DNA of 55,372 bases, filler included, from Sluysia triapertura (GCA_046118255.1; 4 parts of 4 records of this genome joined end to end with filler, not necessarily neighbours in it), one strand, 5' to 3'. Positions 23,583 through 37,092 are shown, counted from the first letter of the whole stretch. Numbers and translations: made by a program. The notes: generated by a model not told the origin, from the sequence alone.

Positions 23583-25563
23583 TTACAATTTGTAAATGAC
23601 AAAAAATGAAACAGTTGAAATACCAAATAATAAAGTCGTTGCTGAACCATAAATTAATATAACGATAATTTCCGATTACTATTGTGAATAAAATAACATA
23701 ATATAAATTCCTATATAAGTTATTAAACCAAACTTATTATCAATCTCAGTTTCATAAATCAATTGTTAACATTATATGTACTCCCATTATATTTACTGCA
23801 TAAAATCGCAATATATCTTCATCGATTTTCAGTAATATTTTTAATTTTTTATCTTAAAAACCATATTTTTATTAATAAATTTATATATTTGTTTTTTGAT
23901 AGTCACACATGACATTATTTGATTTAAAACTTTTTTTACTATAAAAATCTAAATTATTTACTTCATGTTCTTTACCACAATCACTACATTTTAATACCAT
24001 TATTTGAATACATGCAACTCTGCGAATAACTGTACTAATAAACATAAATAGAAATGTTTATTTTTTTTGTGGTTTGGTATATCCATATATAACAGGAACT
24101 TCATTACCAGTATAAAAATAAAGTGGTTTAGAATATTTTGTATACTCTATACTTTTTACATCACTACGTGCAGTTCGAACTTGGATAGCATACTTGGTAT
24201 TTATTTTTAATTTATCATATTTGACAATTTTAGTTTTTGAGTTAAATGTAAATTTTTCATTTGTAAATGTATTGTGCAATAAAAATTCAAAAATTTCAAA
24301 ATAACATCAATCTTTTAATAATGATTTTATTTTGAATACTCTTTCATTGCTTAATATATTTGGTACAGAATATAAAGAACTTTCAGTTAATTTATTTAAT
24401 GCTATTGTACAATATTCTTTACTCCAATTCGATGTTTTATATTCAACTTCAATACGAACTTTCGCACATATATGATCACACATTGTTATATTACTAAAAA
24501 TAATATAATTTACTTTAGATTCTAAAGCTAAAACTCTTCCATTAAGACGTACTTCTGAAATAAAAGTATTATTTTTACAATTACTTTCAATAGAGGTATT
24601 CCACATTATTCTAATGTATAATTTGCTACTATTTAAGCTTTCTATTAATTCAATTATAATACTTTTAGGTGGTACTAATACTTGACTTTTTCCTGTACAC
24701 ATATGAAGCTGATTGAAACTTTTCGTATTAAATTGCGTCACATACCATAACGATAAACAAAAAAGTTTACATTCATTCGGTACAAATTTAATACTTAAAT
24801 CTTCATATGGAGTATACTTAATTTTTAGAGGATACTCATTAAAAGCTATGTATCTAATAAAAGAGGGATAACAAAGCTTATTTTTTATTTTTGGTGAAAA
24901 ATATACAATACCAACATCAGAATGATCAATGATATCGTTAAGATTAACATCTGGTGGCGCAAAACAAAAAGATGTGTAATTAAATTGCATAGGATAACTT
25001 CCAATTATATAACTGTTAAAACTAATAAAAACAACTGCTGATTTAGGTATAGTATTCAAAATAATTTCATTTTTCATACTAATTAGGTGTCTTTGACATT
25101 TACTAAATACTTTTTGAAAATCAAAATTATTAAACACATGACCATGAAATTCACAACTGCCATCACTATATAAAAACAACCAAACATATTCAGCAGTTGT
25201 GGGATAAAATTCCAGTTTCATTTGACTTTTAAGCACGGAATAACTAACTTCATTGATACAATATATATCTGAATCGTGTTTCGTAAAATTGACATTACAT
25301 AATTTAACTTTAGTTATACTTTGTACACAAACGAGATTCTTTGAATCAAATGCACAAAAATTAGTATTAAATTGACGTAATATTTTATAAATTTCTGAAT
25401 GATACATATTATTTTCTAATCGGTAAATTTTCCAAGCCACACAAGTACTGTTTTGTACGACAACAATATCTTCAAAACTATAAAATCCGACTTGACACGT
25501 ACATGTGACGCCAGTAAAAAAAGTTAATAAAAATAAACTTAAACATTGTTTATTAAAAGTCAT
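23583..25563 (-). pseudogene. Fibronectin type III repeat single-pass receptor-like gene, apparently disrupted
   Basis: Signal peptide MTFNKQCLSLFLLTFFTGVTC; FN3-like segments (PPKSI...IMWN...AKVRI...SNWS; KLKINTKYAIQVRT...YSKPLYFYT); in-frame TGA at 24309-24307 joins the two ORF-track ORFs; further stops; TM helix IIVILIYGSATTLLFGISTVSFFVIY near 23590-23670. Confidence 0.65.
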
Positions 25564-25911
25564 TATGAGACTGTATTAAAATATTGATTATTTCATAACT
25601 TAATTTTTTATTATTTCAAAGATCTTAATTAATTAGTTTCCATTAATTTGTGTATATTAATATGCCTTTTATTAATTTTCATAATCTTCCTTTGAATTCA
25701 TGGTTTTATTTATCCTGCGAATTCCACATTCTTATCACTGTAGTTTCGTTTACTATTATTTTCTTCTAAGTTTAAATGTGTCATTTTCATATTTTTAAGC
25801 TTTTTTTTGGAATTACTGATAGTATTTTTAGAATTCTTATTACCATTTCATTAAATTATGATAAAATTATTCAAGTTTTATTTTACTTTTGAATGCCAAA
25901 TAACACAATAA

Positions 25912-26011
25912 NNNNNNNNNNNNNNNNNNNNNNNNNNNNNNNNNNNNNNNNNNNNTTAATTAATTAANNNNNNNNNNNNNNNNNNNNNNNNNNNNNNNNN
26001 NNNNNNNNNNN
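25912..26011. other. Artificial contig linker
   Basis: N44-TTAATTAATTAA-N44. Confidence 0.97.
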
Positions 26012-26014
26012 AGT

Positions 26015-27173
26015 ACGTTTTTGTGAATAACTTTTGAATGGGGAATGCTATGTTAAATTCGAAACTGTGTATGTATTTGTTTTGAAAATACCTTTCAATG
26101 AAGTTATGGTTTGACAGAGTTCATGCAAGGAAAGCCTTAATATTGAGCAAAGTCAAATCTTAATTAATTATTAATTATGGTATATTGAGTTTTTAACACT
26201 TAGAATGATGCAAATATGATGAATGGAATATGAGATGATTGCTATAAAATGGAAAATCTATGAGTGAACTGGAAATGTTTGTAAAATGGTTCGTTTGAGA
26301 ATGAGAAACTTAAAACATTTTTCATTAGAAAATTGGGTATGAAAAATAAAAATTAATTAAATAATAGAAAGTGAAATTAAATTCGTTATTTTATGTATGT
26401 TAACAATAATAATGATTATTATATTAATGTGATAATTAATTTGAGTAAAAATAGATTGAGTAGAGTAAAGAAAAATAATAGATAATCGTAAATCAATTTT
26501 TTGCGTTTTGTATCTAATAAGCTTTGACAGTCTGTACTATGTAACTGTAAAAGTTATTACTGTCGAATTAATTCTCAAAGAATGCTGCAATGATTTGTTT
26601 GAGAGAATGTTTAATCAAAAATTTGGGAATGATTGGATGATGAGAATATATAAAAATGAATACCAAAAATTTTACCTGGCAACACAACAGTAACATCATC
26701 GATTAATAATGCAAATGAGAAGTAATTTTTGAATTTATTTTATAATTAAAAATAATAATATTTTTGGAGGATTTTATTAAAATAGTTTTTGTTCTTGCGT
26801 GTGTTGAAAATTTATATTTGATAATCGTGAATAATAGTTAATATTTTTCTTAGCGTTGCGTCACCTCTAGTTTCTTTGTTATATATGATTATATTATTAT
26901 ATCTTTGAGACTATTATAAACGTTATTGTTAATCTTGTCATTTTAATCATTTTTAGTACTGATTAATAGAGATTTATATTAATACTAATTTTCAATTGAT
27001 TTTTATTTAACCAGTAAATTGTTGTGTTGTTATTGATTTGATTTTGTGGTGAATTAATTATTGATATTCAATAAGAGAATTATTGAAAATTTATATTTGA
27101 TCTTGTGAATTCTTTTTAAGCTAATTAAAATAATATTGAGTTATCATAACTAATAATTTTTAAAGACGCAACA
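26015..27173 (-). mobile_element. Dispersed repeat family A, LTR-like, copy 2 (cut by contig end)
   Basis: Collinear with 16690-18119, e.g. GGAATGCTATG.TAAATTC.AAACTGTGTATGTATTTGTTTTGA; ends at AAAGACGCAACA. Confidence 0.6.
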
Positions 27174-27755
27174 TTAATACAACTTCAGATTTTGTACCAT
27201 CAAACTTTAAGTTGAGATGGAAAATCGGAAGCTGATAAATGTTTCCACTATTTTTGTAGCTAAATTAATTATATGGTACAAAGGTGAAAGTCAAGTTATA
27301 TAAAAGTCACTTATTTCAATGGTTTAACAGAGATAACGATGAAATAACGGAAAAATTAGGTGATTGATAATATTTAGAAATTTTTACTACTATAATAAAA
27401 TGTTGTATTAATTTATCTGATTATTCTTTTATTAAAACTTCAGAAATCAATGAGCACAATAAAAGACGACCTTATTATTTCACATTTGTTTCAAAATATG
27501 TCAAGGTTAAATTTAGTAGGCATCACATTACTTATTATATGATTAAATTTATAATTTTAAAATTACTTAATTTGAAATCAGTTCATTATTTTAAATGTGT
27601 GATGATAGCAACCCATAGCATTTATCGTACACACTTTCACGGTCAAATTCGAATATATGACGTATTTATTCTGATATTATCAGTTACAGAAAGAAATACG
27701 AAAATACGGAAATTTAAAGATTTGCTGTATCAAATCAAATTATTGGTATTTAAAC

Positions 27756-27935
27756 CAGGGTTTACAAACCAGGATTCGAAATTTATGGACGGTAATGAAA
27801 CCGAAGAATCTAATACGGGTTGTTAGAATGTTTTTGACTCCATTAAATTCTAATTGTTTATGTGGTCCAGATATTAATGATCAAGCCTTTGGCGGAATAA
27901 TTTCAAAATTAGAAGAATATTCAAAGTATTCAGAA
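27756..27935 (+). mobile_element. hAT-like element remnant, copy 1
   Basis: Starts CAGGGTTTACAAACC; collinear with 42663-42832; contains FGGIISKL / FGEIISKVRK-like transposase residue. Confidence 0.5.
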
Positions 27936-28576
27936 ATCGTCATTGAAAAACGACTATTTGCAAGAAATATTAGACACTTCCACAAAATGGAATAGTATTA
28001 TTACAATGATTTCTGGATTGGTAGAATTAAAAAGTTTGTGAAATCTATGAAACTATATCAGATGAGGAATGGGAATCTTTGGATGTTCTTGAAAACTCAC
28101 AAGTCACTTACAAAACGCTACACAATGAGTAGGACACGTGAATTTATGTGGTGGGCAGAAATGTTTTCCTATTCTATATGTGTCATTGGTACATGACCTT
28201 TAAAAATACCGCGAACTCGCTATGAGTTGCTTAGTTAATTGCTTAGAAGATTGCGCTCCAAGTTAACAGGTTAATATTCATTATTTCTAACTGGAAAGTT
28301 GTGATTCTAACTCGTCTATGACATTAGAGACGGAATAATGCAAGACTATATCAACTGAAATCTATTCCTCGATGTGTTACAATTTCAATATGAAAATTAT
28401 AATAAAAAGCGCACGTAAAATTTTATAAATTTTAAGTCATAATTTAAGTTTAGTTGTGTTTGTTGAGAAATGAGATGTAAAGAAGAGTGTCATTATAAAG
28501 AAATATGACAATGAAGTAGACAGTAATCGAATATTATAGCACTATTCTTATTAATTAGTTACATTTGCATATATAT

Positions 28577-28895
28577 CAGTGGTGGCCAAGCTCCTTGATA
28601 GTCCGAGCCAATTCACAAAATTTTTCGCCAGCTGCAATTAAATACGTATTAAAAGATTATGCATTAAGGTATTAAAATATTTTTCGATGAGTCATCATCA
28701 TTCTTGGACAAAAATGAAATTTGTTACAACGTGTTGCACTTAGTCTATCATATTTGTTGTCAGTAATTTAAAAGACATTTTGAAACACATACGGAACTAT
28801 AATAATTTTTTAAAATATTATTACACAAAAATGAAAAGGGAACTCGGTATATTTATCGAGAGCCACAAATAATCCTTCAAAGAGCTGTATGTGAT
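28577..28895 (+). mobile_element. Partial hAT (Charlie/Buster-type) MITE
   Basis: Begins CAGTGGTGGCCAA, has GAGCCA subterminal motifs near both ends; right TIR not found. Confidence 0.4.
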
Positions 28896-28957
28896 ATATG
28901 AATGAGATATGCTCTAATTTTTCTAACATTTAATCTACGGCAAAATATTTTGAGTAG

Positions 28958-29292
28958 GGTCCGGTTACAGTAAATGTCTTACGTCGTGAAGAGAGCATTC
29001 CTGTAACTGTATGAGGTAATACTTTATCTAATTATCAATGCTCCTTAATGAGCTACCTCCAATAAGTCCTCCATTGAATGGTGACGGTTGTAAGAAAATA
29101 CTCGAGATTAAAAACGATATTAAGAATGATACTATACTTTCAGATTCAAAATACATCAAATAACATAAATTATATCCGTGCAAATGCTTATTCTCTGAAG
29201 AAAATACAAGAATCAACTGGAAATATGAAAAAGGAACGGCCTAAAACATCCATCGATATGACAAATTATCAAAGAGGAACTATACCGAAATA
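28958..29292 (+). pseudogene. ENKD1 (enkurin-domain protein)-like disrupted exon
   Basis: Collinear fragments GPVTV...V*GNTL / PPLNGDGCKKILE / NYIRANAYSLKKIQE / NYQRGTIPK(Y) match recalled ENKD1 motifs; one stop and two frameshifts; donor GTAAGT at 29293. Confidence 0.5.
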
Positions 29293-30357
29293 GTAAGTTG
29301 TATTTTATTATTATTATCATTATTTTCAAATAAAAATTAATTTATTTATTAATTTAATTATTGATGGAAATAAATTCTCTGTTACACTTATTTTCTATTA
29401 TTAAACTACACTTATAGTTTCTTCATCAAAATTATTTAGTAGATATATTTCAAGTGTACTAAAAATAGGATTCATTTGTGTGTGTGCTGTCTAAATCAAA
29501 CCAATCAAACTAGTTTGTATTTAATCTTGTATTTAAACTTTTATCCTATAGAAATGCACATTTCGGTTAATTTCAATTCAAATCTTTAAATCAACTCAAC
29601 TCAGGACAAACAGTAATTACAAGGAAATATTAAATATCTAGGAATTGACGAGATCTTATACTACAGTTGATGTTACATTTTTGAAAAAAATGAAACTAGA
29701 CTTGATGAATTTAATTGACCAGAGGCAATCTCATTTGGAGAACACATATGAACTTTGACCTTGTTATGTGTGATCTTGTATTTGTCAGCGTATCTTTAGT
29801 GTGCGAGAATTTACTATTACAAATTATATTCAGAGTGATGGAAGTTCGTGTTTATCAAAGTATGGCTGAGGTTTATTTCAACATTAACACTGACTGATCC
29901 TAAATGGCGAGAATTTATTTCAATTTCTAAACTCAATTTTAATAAATACATGGATTTTATTATGACACTCAAATTGGATCGGGGCGATCTGCCATAGTAA
30001 AAAATGAATAATGAAAAAGACAATTAATATTCATGTTAGAACTTTGATTGCTTCTAGATGAAGCATTCAATAAGAAAGAAGTACTGTGCAGATATATCAC
30101 ACAAAATCTTGTTATTTAAAAGGAGCTTCTATTACTGCTTGATAGATAAGCACGGATTTTTCCGAGAACTTAGGTGTTACATTAATTAATTTGGAACATT
30201 GCACTGCCTAAAATATTGATTTATCTCTATAGTGACGGTAATTACTCTGTGGCCCATGTTTTGATGCAATAAAAAAAAATAAAATCCACTGCTATACAAC
30301 TTTTATATTTATGAAAACTTTTTATTACAAATTATATTATTGCATATCTCTTAATAC

Positions 30358-30752
30358 ATTAAGAGTAGTTTCAATTGCTTCCAAATTGCATGTTAATGTT
30401 TTTGGAATGCTTCTTTCCCTACATGGGCTAACATTGAACTTTCGAACACTTTTTGAAGAGTCAAGAAAATATTTTCTGATTTTTTGACTACACGTTGCTA
30501 GTGCTACAATTTTGTTTTGAAGTTCTTGTCCACATAACTTCTTGCGACAAGAATTTCCTTTAATTCAGGAACCGGAGTATACAATGGCCGGTTATCGTGA
30601 AATGGGGACTTTTTAAATTCTCCAGCAAACATTTTTATTTGTTCCTTTTGACAATTTCCTATTGTTAGATAGCACAGAAGTGCTTGCAGGATGGTATTTC
30701 TCTCCTCGTCACTTAAATTTCTGCATTTTATTCCAGAACGTTTGATTTCCAT
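30358..30752 (-). mobile_element. Internally deleted mariner transposase remnant resembling the DD39D (plant/oomycete-type) clade
   Basis: N-terminal RNLSDEERNTILQALL and IKGNSCRKK...ELQNKI, then C-terminal NIFLTLQKVFE and PKTLTC; catalytic core absent. Confidence 0.6.
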
Positions 30753-31699
30753 GACTTAAAGTTATTTGGATTGAAAAGAAAATAGCAGCAAGTTATTTTG
30801 GTACAAATTTCAGAAATTACAGTTATTTACAAAATTATCATAATTACTGAACAATTACTTCCCAAAAATTATTTTATGATTTTATAATTCTCTATTGTTC
30901 ATAAACAAATCACTTATTGTCATCTTATATATTATCAAGTTAGCAACAAATGTCAAATGAAACAATCATTTTTGAACAGAAGTATTTAATTTGAAATCAA
31001 TATTATTTCTAAATTTCTATATTTTTCTTAAGCTCTTTTGAGCACTTTGAGAATGTATAATAATAAATATGAAATTGAATTCATAAACTAAACTATGTAT
31101 GAATAATTTATTTGTATGAAGTGTAAGTTGATTGATGAATGTGGTTTAAGATAAATTTATTTAGGATCTAATAGGATTGATTTAAACTGATGCTGAAATG
31201 TATGAAAAGATGTAAAAGACGTAAAGTAAGAAATTTTAAGAAATTTGATATGTATGCGGTTGTAAATGCTTTTTATTGAATGATTTTGTCTTTGTCATTC
31301 ATAAATTGTAAGTTCTAGAAATCAAGGAATTCCAACCAATCATATTAATAATTGAATCCAACCAATTATAATTAAAATGTTTTGTCTATGAAGGAAAGAT
31401 AGTGTTCACCACTACTGTGACTGGGACATTTGTAAAATCCATTCCATAGTATCTTTTCTATAATCAATTTCTCCACATCAATTTCGATTATATATTTTTT
31501 AATTTTCTGCTACAACATTTGTTTGGTCATATTATCATTTGCATATGCAATCTTATTAATTTATCTTTTATTAATTCGTGTTTGTTATTACCTATTTCTC
31601 CATTTCCATTATTAATATTATTGTAACATAATATTCATTAGTTTTTTTAAAATCTAAAATTAATTTAATTTAAATTTATTTAAAATAAAAAATTATTTC

Positions 31700-32990
31700 A
31701 AAGTAAAATGCTTTATATCAATTTAGAATGAGATTTAATAGAGTTAGTATAAATTCAAAATTTAATAACAAATAAAAATTAATTTTAGATTAAAATAAAT
31801 AATCATTTTAAAATGAGATTCTATAAAGACAATATCATATTAAATTTTAAGAACATAAAGACTATTCTAATATGAGAGTTAAATTATATTAAATTGAGAT
31901 TGAGTAAAACTATTATACAATTAAAAATTAATAACATTATTCTCGATCAAAATTAACTGAAATTAAAGATTGGGAGAATGTTATATTAAATTTAAAACCA
32001 TATTAAAGTGAGACTTAATATAAATACTATAAAATTAAAATTTATTAACAATTTCAGATAAAAACAATGATTAGTATGTGCCACTTATACTTATTAATTT
32101 ATAAAAATTACTTATTTGCTTACAAAAATTTCAGACAGAAAATAATTATTATGTGTTATTACTTGTAAATTATTTAGTATTATTATTTTAGACAACGAAC
32201 AATAATTACTGTATTGTTATTAGTTACTACTTGTAAATTATTACTATTAGATAATACATTGTAGATTATTATTACTAATTTAATTATTTCTATATGTAGT
32301 ATTTAAAAAATTATCGTCATAAAAAATAGTATAAATAGACGATTTGATTTTCAACCCATACAATAATGCGTAGAATTTTCAGACAGTAGTTTAGAGAATT
32401 TGACACAGAATTTGATTCAAATTATTCGTTTGAGTATTCTGAACTTTATTAACTGGATCGAACATTGAACGTAACGGTAATTATTATTGATTTTTTGTCT
32501 GAAAAATTAAAATACATTTTATATACATTAAAATTTATTATTAAAATATTTGTTATTTTATATTTTGTTATTAAGTGTTTAAATATTTGTCGAATTAAAT
32601 TTTTGAGAATTTATTGACTTATTAATTAACTGTTAAGTAGAAAGAGAGAACCCCAAAGAAAAGATAAAACAGAATAGAACAAAATAAAATAAAGTGAGGC
32701 AAAATAATATTTATCCATATAACAATCAAAGTCAAAGTCGAGTATCTTTGCAAATAAAACAAAAAACTTACTTGTGTTTCCATTCCCGGTCATCGGAACG
32801 AGTATCAGAACTCAGACTTCTAGATAGAATAATCAAGCATTAATAGAATATTAAAACGATAGAGTTTTAAAGACTAACAATAATTTATATAAGTGAAGAT
32901 ATTTAAAGTATTATTGAGAACTAAAGTATGTATTGACTAAAGTTGAGATTCTATTATAAACTAACTTAAAGATATTGAGGAATATTAACG
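31700..32990. repeat. Dispersed repeat family B, copy 1
   Basis: Blocks similar to 48620-49990 (e.g. AATGAGATTTAATAGAGTT; TCATCG.AACGAGTATC...ACTTCTAGATA) and partly to 44870-45140. Confidence 0.7.
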
Positions 32991-33179
32991 TTATACAATT
33001 TGTATAGAAAGCATAATTGTTTAATTTATTAATTTGACATAAGAAAGTATTCAGAATCGTTTGAAGAAGAAATTTAATTAATGAATTTTATTACAAAATT
33101 TAAACTCATATCTTGTGACTAATCAAGTAAAATAAAACATTGTGTAATCATCAGTAATTAAAAGCAACATAACACTAAC

Positions 33180-33310
33180 CGTTGGATTGATATTTGATTT
33201 GTTAACTTATATTTATCATCTTGTTCTTGAAGTAATTGTTCTTTCTGGCGCGATAATTCCTTTCTTTCTTCAGATATTGCTAATTTCATTCCTTCCAATT
33301 CTGCCAATTC
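33180..33310 (-). CDS. Coiled-coil protein exon (FBF1-like)
   Basis: AG at 33312-33311, translates ELAELEGMKLAISEERKELSRQKEQLLQEQDDKYKLTNQISIQR, donor GTTAGT from 33179; phase-compatible with the 35334-35477 exon. Confidence 0.6.
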
Positions 33311-34779
33311 CTTAAATTGGAATGTTAGGCTTAAATTATTCGATTGTAACGTATGAAATGATTTTATTTATTCAAATAAGAATTCAATACGACAATGCGT
33401 TATTGTCATTTGTATAAAGTATATTTATTCCAATTTCAAAAAAACCTATGTATGACTTTGAAAATGTTTAAGAAAAGTTCATCTTTATTAATCAATTGAG
33501 CCAAACGGAGTCGATTACTAATCGTGGTCCCATTTTCATTGCTTGTTACAATAAGCTAGATGTGTTCGAGAAGACAATATGTCAAGTGTGTATTGAGATA
33601 ATTAAATGAAAGAATTCCCAAACTATATTCCACCGAAAATTATTGTTCTAATGAAGATCGATAAACTAAAATCAATTAATTATTTAGTTTATTCCATTTT
33701 TATTTTTATTGTTTAAACAAATTGAATTTAGAAAAGTTATTTTGTTATGTATGAAATTCCTTAAAAACGTACTATTTATATGAAATTCATAGATATTCAG
33801 ATAGAATGTTTATTGAACAGAAAAATTTGGAAATCCTTGGTCTGAAGTGTAATTTCTTGCAAGTACGGAAAATATGGTTTATAAATGACTAAATGATAAA
33901 TGATTAAATAAATACTATAGTGATGATCAATAGAAAAAAGGTGTCTTTGTTTAGGTATGAATTGACTTGGAGTTACATGATTTCTTATTTTATTGGACCG
34001 TTGCATGTATAATGTAATTGGAATAATAAAATTTATACATAAACTAAAAGTAATATGTATCACGAACTATTTATATTTGTCAATAGCTGAAATTTTAATA
34101 AATTGATATTCTAATGCGTATTTAAAAATATAGTAATAGTATGTAAATTAAACAATGTCTAAAAATTTAAATATAATAATAGTTTTTGTGTGTGTTAAAA
34201 GTGCACATATTAAATTGGCCATTTGAATAAAATTAGCTATAGAAAGTAATTAAATATAGAAAAGTTATTATGAAATAAAATTAAATGGCTCAAAATGAGT
34301 AAGAAAAAAAGCTGCATCAGGTGTTTTCTGCTGTCAAACATTTAGATTATTTGTAGACCTAATGTTTTGATCGTGAAGATACTGAATTAATACCCTGAAC
34401 TGATATTGCTAATGCATTTGACAAAATTAGTGATAATCATATAACATTGACTTGAATTATATTGTGAACTAAACTGAACTAAACTGAAAAAAGAGTAATT
34501 TGCATCCTCTATCCTAATACAATTAAAATTTTAAAATTATAATGTAATTCCAAATGATCTGTTTTTTATTGTAATAAGTTATTTATTTTCATTTTACAAG
34601 AATAATAATTTGTATTGATTTTTGAGAGTAAACAGAGAATTTAAACAAGGGTTTTAAACTTTCAAAAACTGATAGCATTTTTATCTATTATATTAGAGAC
34701 GAATAAATAAACTCAAATAAAACATTGATATTTTAGTGAAAATAGTAACAAACAAAAGATTAAAGCAAAATAGGCATGA

Positions 34780-35050
34780 GGTAATTTTACAACACAGTAC
34801 TAAAAACGGTTTCATGAATACCCATTCCGCATGAGTAAAAAATTGGGGTACGTTACTTATGTTGAAATTTTCATTATCACCAAAAATGACATTAAAGACT
34901 TCATTCGGTTGATGAAAATTCTTGATTTTGAGTGAAAACAAAATGTTGTCCAATGAAGTTTCAATGATGTTCAGAATAATGGTGTCGATCTGAAATTCTT
35001 GAATAATGATTGAATACACTGTTTTTTAATTCGAATACCTGGATTTCTAT
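34780..35050 (-). mobile_element. Possible decayed hAT (ZMYM1-like) transposase fragment
   Basis: QEFQID...SLDNILFSLKIKNFHQPNEVFNVIF loosely resembles F.I..F..ILD.I.S.L..RF..LNEV...F. Confidence 0.3.
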
Positions 35051-35333
35051 CACAGAAAATAGTACTTATTAATGTAAAAAAACCTAGGTTATAAAGCAAA
35101 AAATTTAAGTTTTTCCAGAATGTTAAGAATGATAAGGTTTTTTTAAAAATTCAAGTTCGAGTTTTACATTACAATGTAAAAATTAATATATAAAGTTAAT
35201 AAATTTTTCAGAAAAGTTAAATCAATTAAATCATCAAAATTTTCTTTATTTCTTACTTTCTTTCTATGCACAAAATAATTGTATTATAAATAAAAAATTA
35301 TCAAAACCGAAATTTATAAACTTTAAAAATAAC

Positions 35334-35477
35334 TTGATTCTTTTTAGAATTATTATATTGATTTAATTCAGACCATTTCGCCATTTCCCGAGTTAAGCTT
35401 ACTCTTTCTTCACTCAACAAACGTTTTTCTTCATATAATTGTTCATGCATTTGCTTTTGTTCTTCTAACATTTTTTG
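35334..35477 (-). CDS. Coiled-coil protein exon (FBF1-like)
   Basis: Acceptor TTTTATTGCAG; QKMLEEQKQMHEQLYEEKRLLSEERVSL resembles recalled FBF1 LLEEQK....EERR.L..E; donor GTTATT. Confidence 0.6.
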
Positions 35478-36947
35478 CTGCAATAAAAGAAAATAATAGA
35501 AATATTTGTACTGAATACTGATTAAATATATTTTAAATAATTTAGCTTTACATTCACCTGAATATGAATAATTAACAATGTGCACAACATAGATCAATGT
35601 TTAGCGTAAACAACGTTGCTACTATTACTGTGTTGGTACTTATTTGTAATTATAATAGAAAAATATAAGTTTCTTAATTCTAGAAGTAGTATCATCCTTT
35701 GATAGTGACTAGAATTTTTTTCTCGAGAACAAATAACAAAACAATTAAGACAACTTATTTACATTATTGAGCAAAACATAATTAAAAATTCAACAAAAGA
35801 TAATTTTACATCAGTTTAATTTTTTAATTTATTATTTTATTGTAATCATAGATTTTAATTAGATTTTTTGTACGATTTGTCGTTAAATTACTTACAGTTT
35901 GGAGACATTAATCTTTTTTAACTCGATTGACAGTTATCTTGTTTCTTTCACAAGAAACGCGAATGTGAAATTACTAAATCATAAAAAATATTTCTGAGAT
36001 CATTTCAGTACTTTACCAAGATAAGCCACCAATAAAAATTTTTTCCATAAAATTTGTGTTTAGTTTTGTAGTTACAAAGAAGTTGATGATAACTGAAAAC
36101 CTTTTATTACGAAACTAACATACCTAACATTTCACATTTCCAGACAATACAAGTACACTATACTTTAGACTATACTTCATTTGAAACGTAATATGTATGA
36201 AGTCATATTATTTAAAATTTTGAGCTGAAAATAGAAAGTTATTGAGTTAACCATCTCAGTAGTAAATATTCAATATGTTCATTGATGGTACTTATTTGTT
36301 ATTGTACATGAAAAATACTGAACTCAATAGTCAGACAGGTATCGTAATACATATTCCATCTATTCGGAAACTCAATATAAAATAATTGTAAAAATATTTT
36401 CCAAATGCTTATTTTATTTATTAATCGACTATTTTCAATAAAATTTGTTTCTCAAAAATAAAACACACCCTAAATAATAAACTGTAATAATATTTTGACT
36501 ATATCTTACTAATTTTTATGAGCACCTATTATTGATTGTTATATTAATTTTGTCTTCAGATTCAAGATACAGAAATAAATAGGCACATATTTATTGTTTG
36601 TATTCCGTATTGCATTAACAATATGAGTCACAATCTTAATCAATCTTAAACGATTTAGCGGGGATAAAAAATGAATTTAAATTTGATTTATAAATATAGT
36701 AGAAACAGTATAGCGTGAACAGTTCTGTGTAGAGTAGGCTTCCTATGACTAAATGACTTATTTACTTACGAAAATGGAGTATAGTTAAAAAACACATGCA
36801 AAATTTTAATAAGTCAAGTATCAAAATTATTTAAATTTTTATTTACTGATTTCTTTAAATTTTGGATATTAAACCGTCCAAAATGAATTTAATATATCAT
36901 TTTTATTTAGTAAATTGTTATATAATAAAATAATGATTCCTCTAAAC

Positions 36948-37015
36948 CAGTGGTGTCAAACCTTTTTGCTTTACGGGCCGCAAGCGGCCCATGGGCCGCC
37001 ACTTTGACACCACTG
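36948..37015. mobile_element. 68-bp hAT (Charlie/Buster-type) MITE
   Basis: Perfect 13-bp TIRs CAGTGGTGTCAAA / TTTGACACCACTG; flanking 8-mers CTCTAAAC and CACTATAT both carry the central TA. Confidence 0.85.
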
Positions 37016-37092
37016 CACTATATAATATATAGTATTATATAGTATAGAAGTAATATGTAGTATAGAAGTACTTGACCACCTGTAGTACTTTT

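Noticed and set aside
16690-27173. Family A copies as paired LTRs of one element enclosing the gag/env-like cluster and FN3 gene
   Set aside because: The copies lie on different contigs across an artificial linker, are visibly diverged with large indels, and no polypurine tract adjoins 18119.
29870-29997. Helitron Rep motif (TLTLTDPKWREF)
   Set aside because: A single short resemblance with no HUH or helicase motifs nearby.
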